A stretch of DNA of 63,843 bases, filler included, from Vannella sp. (Eukaryota): NCBI GenBank assembly GCA_023345925.1. It is 9 parts of 9 records of this genome, joined end to end, with 100 filler letters (N's around TTAATTAATTAA, not from the genome) between each part and the next. Parts side by side here need not be neighbours in the genome. Positions count along the whole stretch, not along the records: positions 1 to 5,636 come from JAJQQN010000247.1; positions 5,737 to 13,192 come from JAJQQN010001391.1; 7 more parts are not named here. The stretch is one strand, 5' to 3'. Below are positions 1 to 9,722 of this stretch, in pieces. The first letter of the stretch is position 1, and every line of letters begins with the position of its first letter. The translations under genes and the position numbers were made by a program. Below the pieces are notes generated by a model, which did not search any database, was not told where the DNA came from, and worked only from the letters and a program-made list of their open reading frames with translations.

Positions 1-872
1 AATACCCATTTTCATCCAACAGCTTTTCTTCCAGCAGGTAGTGGAACTAAGTCCCAGACTTGATTTTCAGAACCAATGGAAGCAGGAGAAGGAAATTTCA
101 TCGGTGGACTTGCTTCATCTTCTAGCAAGGCTTGTTTGAATGAAGGCGGCGGATCAACGAGGAGACCAAGATGATCTCCCTTCAGCATATGATTGTAGAA
201 ACCTTCTGGTTTTCGCTGGCGTTATCCTGGGTAAATTTCGGGAGTAATAGCATCATTGGAAGACTATTGATCCTCAGAGTCCCCTGAATCACTTTCAGTG
301 GACACGTTCAAATCCTCGTTTTGAACCTGGACGCTGGTCCAAGGAAAATGGTCCTCAATCGTGATGCATTCGTGCTCGTCGGGAGAGAACACAAACAGCT
401 CTTGATAGTATTAAAGTACTTGGGTTTCTGAGCCTCCTCCACGCGACCTTGATCAAGGCGAACTCATTGCGAGAGATGTTTGTGACAGTGGCCAAACGCT
501 CTTCGCTCTCCTGCTTGCTCCATCAACTTGGTAGTACTTCTCCTCGTACTTCTCAAACACGCGATGAACATCTCTTGGAGAGCCCTAGGTATACTGTCAG
601 AGCTTCACACAAGTGGGAGATGCACCAGGAGGGCCTTTTGATGAGACGGATACTCAGTTCCGGTGGATTCTGGACTCACAACAGAACCCACTTGTACACA
701 AGAATGGCAAGAGGAGAGTCAGTTCTGAGTCGCTTGCTTGGGGATCTCAGATTCCCCATTTTAGCTCAGCCGTTTGAATGTCATTCATTGTTGGACCCTC
801 TAACGGCATTTGTAAGATGCAGAAGATGAAAGCTTGACAAGTAAAATAGCCACATATCACAATGTCTCCCGA

Positions 873-1952
873 CTAAGGACCTGAAGGAGTCTTGGGAGGA
901 TTTCTATCTACATTTGGGGAACGCGCCTCCCGTCGTGAGGGACTATTTGTACATGAGCGGGCAGATTTCGTTCTTGAAGAGTGAGGAGGGGCTATTTGGA
1001 TTGAGAGGGGGGAGGGGGGAAACGGGCCCCTCTCAGTGTCAGGGAAACCTAATTGTCTTTGGGAGTTATCTCCAAAGACAATGAGTTCTCCATCGCAGAT
1101 TGTTGCAGATGAGTGCAATGCAAATGCAGTAGCAGCAGCCACTTCTCTTAGGACAAGAGTGGGGGATGAGAAGGAGTTGAGGGGTAAGATGCCCAATTGA
1201 CCGCTCTTATTACTGCCCCAACCCCACAAGCAGCGTTGCTGATCAATCACCAAACAATGGTGCTTACCAGCAGAGGCAGATACTATCTCACCAATCGAAT
1301 GGACTTGACGGAGGAAGGAAGAGTCTTCGTTTGGCACACGGCCGAGTTGCCCTTCTGCATTGTCTCCGCAAGTCCAAGCGTTGCCATCGCAGTCTATTGC
1401 AAGGGTATAATTAGAGCCAGTGGTCAAGCATCGAAGAGGGCCTGGAAGGTTCACTTCCACACATTTGGTGGGACAGGGAACGGAACAGAGCGATCCAAGT
1501 CCCAGTTGCCCGTGTCTGTTGCTCCCGAGACCCCATATCCCGTGGCTCATTGTCTCAACCATGGCAAAAGAGTCTCCGCAGGCAACTGTCCGTGCTCGAG
1601 GGATCGCTTTGATGACTTGGAGACCTCGTCGGGAGAGGCAGAAGGGATTGTCCGTGTGGTGGAGGCCTCCTTCCTCGTCGATAACCATCCAATACCCAAC
1701 ACCAACGGCCACACACATAGCTAGAGGAGCAGGGAGAGCCTCAAAGGAGAAGACATCACCTTGAAAGCGACCTTTCCACACACAACCGGCCACATCCAGC
1801 ACGAGACACTGCTTTTCACACAGCGCTGCCATCACAGGGCGACCACCTGTCCATGGCACAACAACAGGCTCTTTCTTGTTCCCCAGAAACCACAAAGCTC
1901 CTTCACAGTCCAACACCAAGCTGAATTGCGCGTCTGTCGCATTGACCAGCAT
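873..1952 (-). CDS. RCC1/BLIP-II repeat beta-propeller protein
   Basis: Repeated RCC1 motifs (GSNRHGQLGLG, GDNAEGQLG, SAGKHH, WGWGSNKSGQLG, FGDNSQRQLG). First ATG at 1952; intronless. Confidence 0.85.
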   Translation of the reverse strand: MLVNATDAQFSLVLDCEGALWFLGNKKEPVVVPWTGGRPVMAALCEKQCLVLDVAGCVWKGRFQGDVFSFEALPAPLAMCVAVGVGYWMVIDEEGGLHHTDNPFCLSRRGLQVIKAIPRARTVACGDSFAMVETMSHGIWGLGSNRHGQLGLGSLCSVPCPTKCVEVNLPGPLRCLTTGSNYTLAIDCDGNAWTCGDNAEGQLGRVPNEDSSFLRQVHSIGEIVSASAGKHHCLVIDQQRCLWGWGSNKSGQLGILPLNSFSSPTLVLREVAAATAFALHSSATICDGELIVFGDNSQRQLGFPDTERGPFPPSPLSIQIAPPHSSRTKSARSCTNSPSRREARSPNVDRNPPKTPSGP

Positions 1953-2136
1953 CCAAATAATAATGACCGCAAAGTTTGTCCACAAAATTAGAATTATTAG
2001 TATTAGTATTCAATTTATCGAGAAAACAGCAAATCCCTCAATCTTTTCGTTTCCCCTATTTGATGCAATTCATTTTTCATAAGAATATTCATTAAAGGGG
2101 ATCATTTTTTGCTGAGAAGGGAGGGAGAGGATCCTG

Positions 2137-4425
2137 ATGATCTACCTCTTCTTGGTGGACACGGGTGCTTCTATGAACCAGATGGCTCATCATGGGATGA
2201 CGTACTTGGAGAGTTGCAAGGCGGCGATGGAGTACTTTGTGAAGATCAGAGGGAACCGCGCAGACCTCTTCTACTTAGTGAATTGCGAAGAAGGCCTTTC
2301 TGCTGTCAAGGCGTGGCAGCCTCGCCCAGCAGCCGCCGAGTTTCTCAACCAAGTGAAGAACCTCCAAGCTATTCACCTCTCCAACATCGGACCTGCCTTG
2401 AAGACTTGCTTCGATCTCCTCAACCTCCACCGCATCCAGCAATCCACCGACAACTACGGGGCTGGGAGGCTCCCCTGGAGTGCAGAGCCAGCAGTGATCA
2501 TCCTCCTATCCAATGGCAAGCTTAACAGCAACGATGGGCTCCTCTCTTCGCTCAAGCTGCCCTCTCAACCTCATCAACCGGGTTCGGAGTTGACCAAAGA
2601 CCCCTTTAGATGGGACCAGAAGCTCTTCTCCATCGCACTACGCTTCCCAGGCTTCTCTTCTACTGCTTCTATACGGCAGTACACGACCATAGCGGGAAAT
2701 AGTGAGGGGTCTGTGCCTGTCCTCCCTGTCTCAGGAGAAGCAGAAGCGATGGAACCCACCGCTATGATGTGCAAAGTGACAGGTGGAAAGTGCTTCCGAG
2801 TTCATGCGATGAAGGAGCTCCTCACCTGTATGGAGCAGATCATTACTCACCATTCCCAAGGTGGTGTCACCGTTAACTTTGAGAAGTACGTGCGCATAGG
2901 TGAAAGCATGACCGATTCAGTTCTCAAGTACGACTCTGCTCTCCCAAACATCCCCCAGAGTGCCTCCCACGTCACCATTTACCGTCAAAGCCAACTCGGG
3001 TTTTGGCCCATCCCTGAAGCGTACATGTTCGACGCTGCGCAGCCAAAACTTGTTTCCAGAACTGCGCAGCCTATCATATGCTTTCTTCCTATTCAGTTTG
3101 ATGACTTTGGGGAGAGCAGGAGCTTCCCAATCGATAAGTATATTATTGAGCGATGTGCCTTGACCGATTGGATGGCAAAGAACCGACCGGGACTGTGCTG
3201 GCCCGTGTGCATTCCCAATAGCTCCAAGGGAAAGAACGAGCCCTTTGGGTACATCAAAGTGACTCCCACTGAGGCGGGCCTTTTCGTGCTTCCTTTTAAC
3301 TTTCCCCGGCTGTGGCCGCTGCTGGGTGATGGGATGATGAAGATGCCGAGTATTAGATGGAAGCAAGAGTTTGACGCCTATCTGAATAGCATTCCGCCTT
3401 ACTACGCGCAACCCCTCTCCAAGGCACTGAAGCGATTTGGATTTGGGTTTAATCCAGTCCCCGACCATATGGATGGGGCTCTACCCTACGCAATAATGGG
3501 TAAGATGAAGGGTATCAAGATTCAGAGCAAGAAAGAGATGAATAGGTGGAACACGGCTATCAGGGAGGCAAATGTTCCAACAGCTCCTGTCGGCTCTGGT
3601 GCCTTGTTCACGTCTCCCAAACCGCATGAAAAGGCCAAATCCTATGCTCAAGTCGCTCTTCCTTCTGTTACTGAGGATCTGAAGAGTGTCTTTGAGATCT
3701 CTCGTGAAAGTCTTTTGGATAGTTTCCAACGGACTCGCTCAGCAGCACACTCCCAAGACCTCCAAGGAGGGCTTGACAAGAAGCATAACATGCCTATTGC
3801 AATCATGGGCAACTACCAAGACACCATGCTAAAGAGAGAATTCCTTCGCAATGTGAATGACGACTCAAAGAAGCGCCCTCTCTTTGGCAATCCCTACCGG
3901 AATGAGAAGTCTCCCGCTCGAATCGTTGCCAACAACTTTGTGGATGAAGCAGAGTCAGGTGATAAGGCTGCAGAAGCACCCCAAGAAAAGGAGAAAGCCC
4001 TGCCAATCCTAGTCCCGGAGGCTGACGTCTCACAGAATCCCCTCATTGCTCCCCTTCTCAAAGAAACAGCGCATGTCGAACCAGAACCCAAGACTGTAAC
4101 CCAAGAGAAACCACCAATTCTTCAGCAAGAGACTCATGAGGATGTCCAAGCCATCTTAAACGGAAATCTGTCAGGAATGGAACTCTTCTTGGCGAAGAGG
4201 CGCGTTCGGGAGCATAACGTGGAGCAGGAGCTTCGAATCCACCAACTTCTACGTGGAAGAAAGAGGAAGACGGAGGGGAAAGATCTCCTCGCAATTATCA
4301 TGAACCTACAAGGGACGAAGGACGAGAGACGCAAAATGATTAGCGCTCTTCAAGTGCGTTGCCGGAAACTTCACAAGAATGATACTGCAGAGGCTCTACG
4401 ACAACTTATCGATGCCACTTTGTAG
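2137..4425 (+). CDS. INTS6: Integrator complex subunit 6
   Basis: N-terminal vWA LFLVDTGASMNQ, plus DNYGAGRLPW, ELTKDPFRWDQKLF, GFWPIPE, PFGYIK and IPPYY motifs typical of INTS6; 762 aa, no introns. Confidence 0.92.
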   Translation: MIYLFLVDTGASMNQMAHHGMTYLESCKAAMEYFVKIRGNRADLFYLVNCEEGLSAVKAWQPRPAAAEFLNQVKNLQAIHLSNIGPALKTCFDLLNLHRIQQSTDNYGAGRLPWSAEPAVIILLSNGKLNSNDGLLSSLKLPSQPHQPGSELTKDPFRWDQKLFSIALRFPGFSSTASIRQYTTIAGNSEGSVPVLPVSGEAEAMEPTAMMCKVTGGKCFRVHAMKELLTCMEQIITHHSQGGVTVNFEKYVRIGESMTDSVLKYDSALPNIPQSASHVTIYRQSQLGFWPIPEAYMFDAAQPKLVSRTAQPIICFLPIQFDDFGESRSFPIDKYIIERCALTDWMAKNRPGLCWPVCIPNSSKGKNEPFGYIKVTPTEAGLFVLPFNFPRLWPLLGDGMMKMPSIRWKQEFDAYLNSIPPYYAQPLSKALKRFGFGFNPVPDHMDGALPYAIMGKMKGIKIQSKKEMNRWNTAIREANVPTAPVGSGALFTSPKPHEKAKSYAQVALPSVTEDLKSVFEISRESLLDSFQRTRSAAHSQDLQGGLDKKHNMPIAIMGNYQDTMLKREFLRNVNDDSKKRPLFGNPYRNEKSPARIVANNFVDEAESGDKAAEAPQEKEKALPILVPEADVSQNPLIAPLLKETAHVEPEPKTVTQEKPPILQQETHEDVQAILNGNLSGMELFLAKRRVREHNVEQELRIHQLLRGRKRKTEGKDLLAIIMNLQGTKDERRKMISALQVRCRKLHKNDTAEALRQLIDATL

Positions 4426-4501
4426 CACATTAACATCTCTCTTTTCTAATCCGCTTTAAAGGGGGTCTGGAAGGGTCCTCCCGGAGTCATTTTTAGTCGT
4501 C

Positions 4502-5266
4502 ATGGCGAGCAATGTCACGGAGGCGCTCTCACAGCTCACTGCACAGGCTTGTCCAGAGCTTGGTGATACTATCCATCCTCTGAGTATGCTGTTGGGCTTT
4601 GGGGTGGGTGTGGCCTTCACATTAGTGGCTGCGGCGCTGGGAATTGGACTTGCCTTCGTGGTGAACTACAATGTGACACGAAGGCTACGGCGAGAGTACC
4701 GAAAGCCAAGTAGAGATACATCTCTGGTTCACAAACACCACTTCCCTGAGGAGATGGACGCGGTATCGCCTGGTGTAATCTCTCATACCGTGCGCTCTCC
4801 CTTACATGCGCTGTTGATCACTCTAACTCCTCTCTCTATGTAGTATACACTATCTAGTAACGAGGACATGTCTGCTGATCGGTTCCAGAGGGAGTGGGAG
4901 TGTATCCCCGAATAGTAAGCCTCTCCCCTTGCTCCTCTTCGTCCTGTGCTCACTCTGAGTGCTTTCTGTTGCTTCAGTCGTGAAGAGGAGTTCACTATCA
5001 CAAGTGAAGAACAGTTCTTAACGCTGTTAGCCGGTCGTTCCATCTTCTGTTTGGCATCGGGACTGGTCGGCAGTGAGATGAAGTGTTATCTGTACGCCAA
5101 GGATTCCAGTGAAACGGGACTCTTCCTCATCGAGTGTGTTATCGACTTGGACTGCCAATCGGGCAAACTCACGATCAAGTCCGCCAACAACACCGAAAGT
5201 GAGGTTGCGGACTTTGTCAATTTCTTCTTTCTCGCCATCAGCTCCATCATCTCCCATCCCGTATGA
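4502..5266 (+). CDS. Single-pass membrane protein with C-terminal beta-adaptin (AP-4 beta-like) appendage platform domain; 3 exons
   Basis: Hydrophobic segment LLGFGVGVAFTLVAAALGIGLAFVV. Splicing two GT-AG introns gives MSADRFQREWECIPEY...IFCLASG...KCYLYAK...LFLIECVID...KLTIKS. Confidence 0.55.
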
Positions 5267-5636
5267 ATGAAACAATCGCCTTTTTCTCAAGGGAACTCTT
5301 TCTCTCAGACCCTGAAAAACTTGATTCTCCATGGAGGAGTCTTTTCCGCCCTGTTCTTGTTGATTAACCAATCGCACGGGCTCTGGGAACGCTTCATCAT
5401 CAGAGAGGAGGTCCGGTTTATGCGGGTTTTCGGAAAACGTGTTATCTTGGTACGATTCACCACTTGAGCGCTTTCCTTTCACAGTCCATGCGCATTTTCC
5501 TTCCAACTTGTTATTTGGTATCTCATCACTATTACTTTCAACAGAGATGAATGACAGGAAAGCATGACCTGTAAGCCTGTCTTTGGTCGATTAGCTGCTC
5601 TCTGACGACGAGGGCCCTCTTTTTGAGGCAGATCAC

Positions 5637-5736
5637 NNNNNNNNNNNNNNNNNNNNNNNNNNNNNNNNNNNNNNNNNNNNTTAATTAATTAANNNNNNNN
5701 NNNNNNNNNNNNNNNNNNNNNNNNNNNNNNNNNNNN
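5637..5736. other. Artificial contig spacer
   Basis: N44-TTAATTAATTAA-N44 (stop codons in all six frames). Confidence 0.99.
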
Positions 5737-6774
5737 GGGTGGGGGCATGGAAGGGGCCATGGCGAAGGAGGGGTAAGCGGGGTATCCTCCAAAGAACCCT
5801 GAAGGTGGAGGCTGTGGTGGCGCCATGCCTTGTGGTGGGAAGCCTCTGTTCATGATCATGTGGGGATGGTTCATTGGCGGTTGCTGAGCAGGTCTGGAGT
5901 GTGCAAAAGGTGCGTACATCATTCCTCCAGGCCCCATAGGTGGTCTAGCGTACTGCAACAGTCCAGGAGGTCGAGCCTGAGGTGATGCTGCAAACAATGA
6001 GGTCAAGTTGAGTGATTGGGCGTCAGATGGTCGCAAAGCAAAGGATTGTGAGGGTTCCATGTCATCCTCCTCTTCATCTTCTTCCTCCACTGGCACGAAC
6101 ACTTTCTCTATCTTGTCTGGCTCTTCTATCTCAACAGAATCCTGGAGAAGAGCCCTACGGTGAGCCTCAGAAGGAGAGGAATGCGAGAACTTGCCTCAGA
6201 ACTCAACATTCCAAGTGTAGCCTCATTAGGGATAGTCTCTCCCGCTTCAAGTGCTTCTAACAGAGTGAAAAAAGTAGCTTTTTGGTCCATCTCAGTCGTC
6301 CAGAAGCCAAAAACCTCCTCGCCTCGCTTCACGCAGATCATTTCTGGGGTCGAGGAGACTCTGTAGTTGTCCATTGTAAGTTTAAAGGAGAGATGGTCCA
6401 CTTTGGTACGTACTTGAACTCGTCCAGGTCCATGGTGAGATCCTCCAAGGACTTTTGGTTGAGGAGCTTCATGGAAAAGTGTGGAGCAGAGGTTCTGCAG
6501 CAAGATAAGACACAGAAAGGAACAGGAAAGCAACTGGATATCTCTAAACGAACCTTTGGCAAAGGAACAAGGGCCCCACACAGCCGTACTCCTCCCATTT
6601 CCCGTCTTTCAACGAGAACGAAGCGCAGTGGCGGATCCAGTTCAGAATAACGTGTACCTCCCGGTCCTTATTCTTCAACTGCTTCAAGTTATGTGCATTC
6701 ACCATGGCAGCTCCAAAGCTAACTCGGGAAGCCTTCTTCGAGACAGCCTTGCGCTTGTTCCCCCCTTTGACCAT
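5737..6774 (-). CDS. DCP1: mRNA-decapping activator Dcp1 (EVH1 domain plus Pro-rich tail); 3' end truncated at contig edge
   Basis: Spliced N-terminus HNLKQLKNKDREV...KWEEYGCVGPLFLCQRTSAPHFSMKLLNQKSLEDL...VFGFW matches the Dcp1 EVH1 pattern; three introns, one GC-AG. Confidence 0.75.
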
Positions 6775-6873
6775 CAAATAATGAGGATTCCACACCGCCA
6801 CTGAATAAAATATATTATAATAAAGGAGCCATGATTGAATTATTCTCAGGAAGGGGCACTTGAAGGAGAGTCT

Positions 6874-7503
6874 TTAGGGAATGTTTCCCAGGAAAGCTGA
6901 TTGGTAGCATTCTAACGCTGTAGCGTTGGGATCGTAGATGAGTCGTAGAATGGAGGGAATGAACTTCCCAGCGGAAATGATTACTCTCGAAACGCAATCG
7001 TCGACGGTGCTCACTTGAAGGAACCCTTCTGCAGTGTTCGCGAACAAGAAGAACGTCTCTCCGTCTCTCATGTCCATCTGGAACCCTCCCACAACGAGCC
7101 CAAAGTTAATGAGTGTCAGGAGCTTGGCTGCTTCGGCTCTGCGATGAAGAGGAACGTTCACAATAACGGGCACTCTCACACATAGTGTGTTTCGCTCGAT
7201 CCTCAGAATGACTTGCAGAGTCAGTTCCTCGTTCTGGACGTGAAAGAACCCGGCTGGGATGCCAGGCCTGGGTAAAGGTACAAAGCCCCTTATGTCTTTG
7301 TGCACCAAGTACGCTTGAATGACATTCCACATCTCGTACACCGTAAGTTCCGTCTCTTCTGGCGCTGCTCTTGCGTTGGCAAGCTCCCTCTCAGCGTTTC
7401 TTGGAGCAACAACGCCTCCTCCCGTGTTACTCTCCTCCGTAGGGGAACCAAAGAACCAGTTTCTAATCCTCCCAAAGAGGTTGTGACGAGATGGGCTTGT
7501 CAT
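6874..7503 (-). CDS. YbjN-like domain protein, paralog 1
   Basis: VPLHRRAEAAKLLTLINFGLVVGGFQMDMRDGE...KFIPSILRLIY; intronless. Confidence 0.7.
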   Translation of the reverse strand: MTSPSRHNLFGRIRNWFFGSPTEESNTGGGVVAPRNAERELANARAAPEETELTVYEMWNVIQAYLVHKDIRGFVPLPRPGIPAGFFHVQNEELTLQVILRIERNTLCVRVPVIVNVPLHRRAEAAKLLTLINFGLVVGGFQMDMRDGETFFLFANTAEGFLQVSTVDDCVSRVIISAGKFIPSILRLIYDPNATALECYQSAFLGNIP

Positions 7504-7625
7504 TGGGCCTAGAAAGAATGCACCCCAAGCATTTCCCCCAAAACTCCCTCTCCTTTGGGATGTTTCTCACACTTTCTATTGGAATGCTTTCACACCCTGT
7601 TTGTTGGGTTCTTGTGAGGCACAGA

Positions 7626-8366
7626 TTACCCAAGAAGGGAGTAGGATTCAGAGGCGGTGATGGCGGGATTGTAGATGACTCGGAGGATGGAAGGAATGTA
7701 CTTTCCAGCGGTTGAAACGATGTTGCTGATGCAAGTGGCCACAATGCGTTCGTTGAGGGAACCTTCTGCGGTGTTGGCGAACAAGAAGAACGTCTCTCCG
7801 TCGCTCAGGTCCATCTGGAATCCTCCCACGATGAGTCCAAAGTTAACGAGCGTGAGAAGCTTGGCAGTCTCTTCCCTGCGTTGAGGTGGGACAAGACAAG
7901 GAACGGCAACTTTGACGCAAAGAGCGTTTCTTTGGATTTTGACAGTGGCAGTGAGAGTCAGGCCCTCATGTGTGATGTTGAAAGAGCCAGAGGGAACGTT
8001 AGGCACCTCACGGAAGCCCTTTATCTCAGCATTCACGATGTGCTGACGAACAACCTCCCACATCTGATCTTGTGAGAGGTCCTCGTCATCATTAGAAGCC
8101 AGCACCCTGTTTCTTGGTCCAGCTTCGTCCACAGCTTGCAAGTCTACATCGCCAACTGGAAGTACAGATCTCCCTCTTGGCTCTTCTTCCTCCTCTCCAT
8201 CCTCGAGATTAGCCAAATGGCTCATCAAGAGTGGAAGGAGGTTCGGGTCTTGCAATAGACGCCCGCGCAGATCCGGGTCTTCCAAAAGTGAATGGAAAGC
8301 GGGGTCTTGCAGAAGAACAGCGAGAGCCTCAGGAGTAAGAGTTTCCGAGCTGGCCCCCTCCGACAT
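7626..8366 (-). CDS. YbjN-like domain protein, paralog 2, with N-terminal DP/STI1-like repeats
   Basis: VPPQRREETAKLLTLVNFGLIVGGFQMDLSDGE; N-terminal LLQDP..LLEDP..LLQDP; intronless. Confidence 0.7.
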   Translation of the reverse strand: MSEGASSETLTPEALAVLLQDPAFHSLLEDPDLRGRLLQDPNLLPLLMSHLANLEDGEEEEEPRGRSVLPVGDVDLQAVDEAGPRNRVLASNDDEDLSQDQMWEVVRQHIVNAEIKGFREVPNVPSGSFNITHEGLTLTATVKIQRNALCVKVAVPCLVPPQRREETAKLLTLVNFGLIVGGFQMDLSDGETFFLFANTAEGSLNERIVATCISNIVSTAGKYIPSILRVIYNPAITASESYSLLG

Positions 8367-8527
8367 GACCAGGCAAAAAGAAATGAACCAATTCTAATCC
8401 ACCAAAAATAATAATAAAATGCACCCTTTTTCGTTCCTCATTTAATGTCTTGAAATGGGATCAAAGGAAGACTCTTTGGGAACGTTCAAAGCTTGATGTG
8501 GGAGAGGAGAGCTTGTTCAATAGGGAG

Positions 8528-9013
8528 TCACTGCTGTAAGGAGCTGTAGGCTTCAGTGGAGGAGAGGGAAGGGTCGAAGATGAGGCGCATGACTGCGGGG
8601 AGGTATTGGTTGGAGGTCGACAAAGCCGTGCTGAGGCAACTTGTGATGACCTTCTCTCGAAGCTTCGTTTCGAAGATATGACTGCAAAGGTAGAAGAGCT
8701 CTCCATCGCGGACGTCCATTTGGAAGCCTCCCACAAGGAGGCCAAAGTTAACGAGAGTGAGAAGTTGTGACATCTCATCGCGTTGGTCCTCTACCACAGC
8801 AACAGGAAGGAGCACCTTGATAACTAAACAGCTGCTTTGAATCTTGACAGTCACAATGGTCGAAATGCCGTTCCTCCCAGTGAAGTTGAAGTCTCCACGG
8901 CGAGATCCCGGCGCCACAAAGAGGCCTTTGATGCCAGCTTCAGTAAGATGGTCTACAACTGCCTGCCAAGCGACATCTTCGGGCTTGGTTGGCTGCACGT
9001 CTTCGAGGGTCAT
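8528..9013 (-). CDS. YbjN-like domain protein, paralog 3
   Basis: VVEDQRDEMSQLLTLVNFGLLVGGFQMDVRDGE...YLPAVMRLIF; ATG at 9013; intronless. Confidence 0.7.
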   Translation of the reverse strand: MTLEDVQPTKPEDVAWQAVVDHLTEAGIKGLFVAPGSRRGDFNFTGRNGISTIVTVKIQSSCLVIKVLLPVAVVEDQRDEMSQLLTLVNFGLLVGGFQMDVRDGELFYLCSHIFETKLREKVITSCLSTALSTSNQYLPAVMRLIFDPSLSSTEAYSSLQQ

Positions 9014-9603
9014 GAGAAAGTGGGAAATCGGGGTGCACAAAAAAAAGCCAAAAAATGGGGAAACTATTCCTTCTCTCCGTTTCAAACAACATTACGACAA
9101 CATCAGTTTGCCGAATCAATGTTCTTCCAAGTGGGCATGAAGAGTTCAGCGATCCCTGGCTCTCTCCGTCTGCCAAGACAAAACGCTTTCAAACCTTGTT
9201 TTGAACCAACTCCAAGACTTCGGGTCTCAAGCCTGTATCTCCTTCCTCCTTGAGGACCCGACAACCTTCCTCAACATGGCTCAGGATTGGATTAATCGAT
9301 TGCAGACTCTGTGCCATTTGTCGGTTTCTTAGGCTTGACACAGGTTATTGGCGACTATGATTCAGCGTCAAGTACACAGATGTAAGGAAGGGGTGGTCAA
9401 TCCACCCGGATCCTTCTCGCTCCTCCCTCATGACCAGGACCAAAAGGGGGCACTTGGACTGCTTCAACAAATGGCGAGTTCTGGTGGTAACGCGCCTAAT
9501 TAATCTCAAGAGAAGGCAGCATCTGACCACGGCACGGTAAGACATTTCACTTCTTTTTTTGGGCTCTTCCCCCACACCAAACTTGCTTCAACTTTTTCAC
9601 TTT

Positions 9604-9690
9604 CTTGTAATGTTCCATGAACTGTGCCTAAAACTAGTTCCTTGGGAATTTACCACACAAAACTTGTAATGTTCCTTGAAGTGTCCTAAA
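9604..9690 (+). repeat. Imperfect direct repeat (two ~28-bp copies) just upstream of the 9723 ATG
   Basis: CTTGTAATGTTCCATGAACTGTGCCTAAA at 9604 and CTTGTAATGTTCCTTGAAGTGTCCTAAA at 9663. Confidence 0.7.
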
Positions 9691-9722
9691 CAGTCTCCTT
9701 TGCTGGCGGTTGCTCATTTGTC

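Noticed and set aside
1..870. Plus-strand 126-aa ORF and minus-strand acidic fragments
   Set aside because: No recognisable motif, and I could not build a consistent exon model.
5027..5506. Minus-strand 159-aa ORF overlapping the adaptin-ear gene as a true overlapping gene
   Set aside because: May be the 3' end of a truncated gene, but the overlapping part is simply antisense to a supported exon; no independent evidence.
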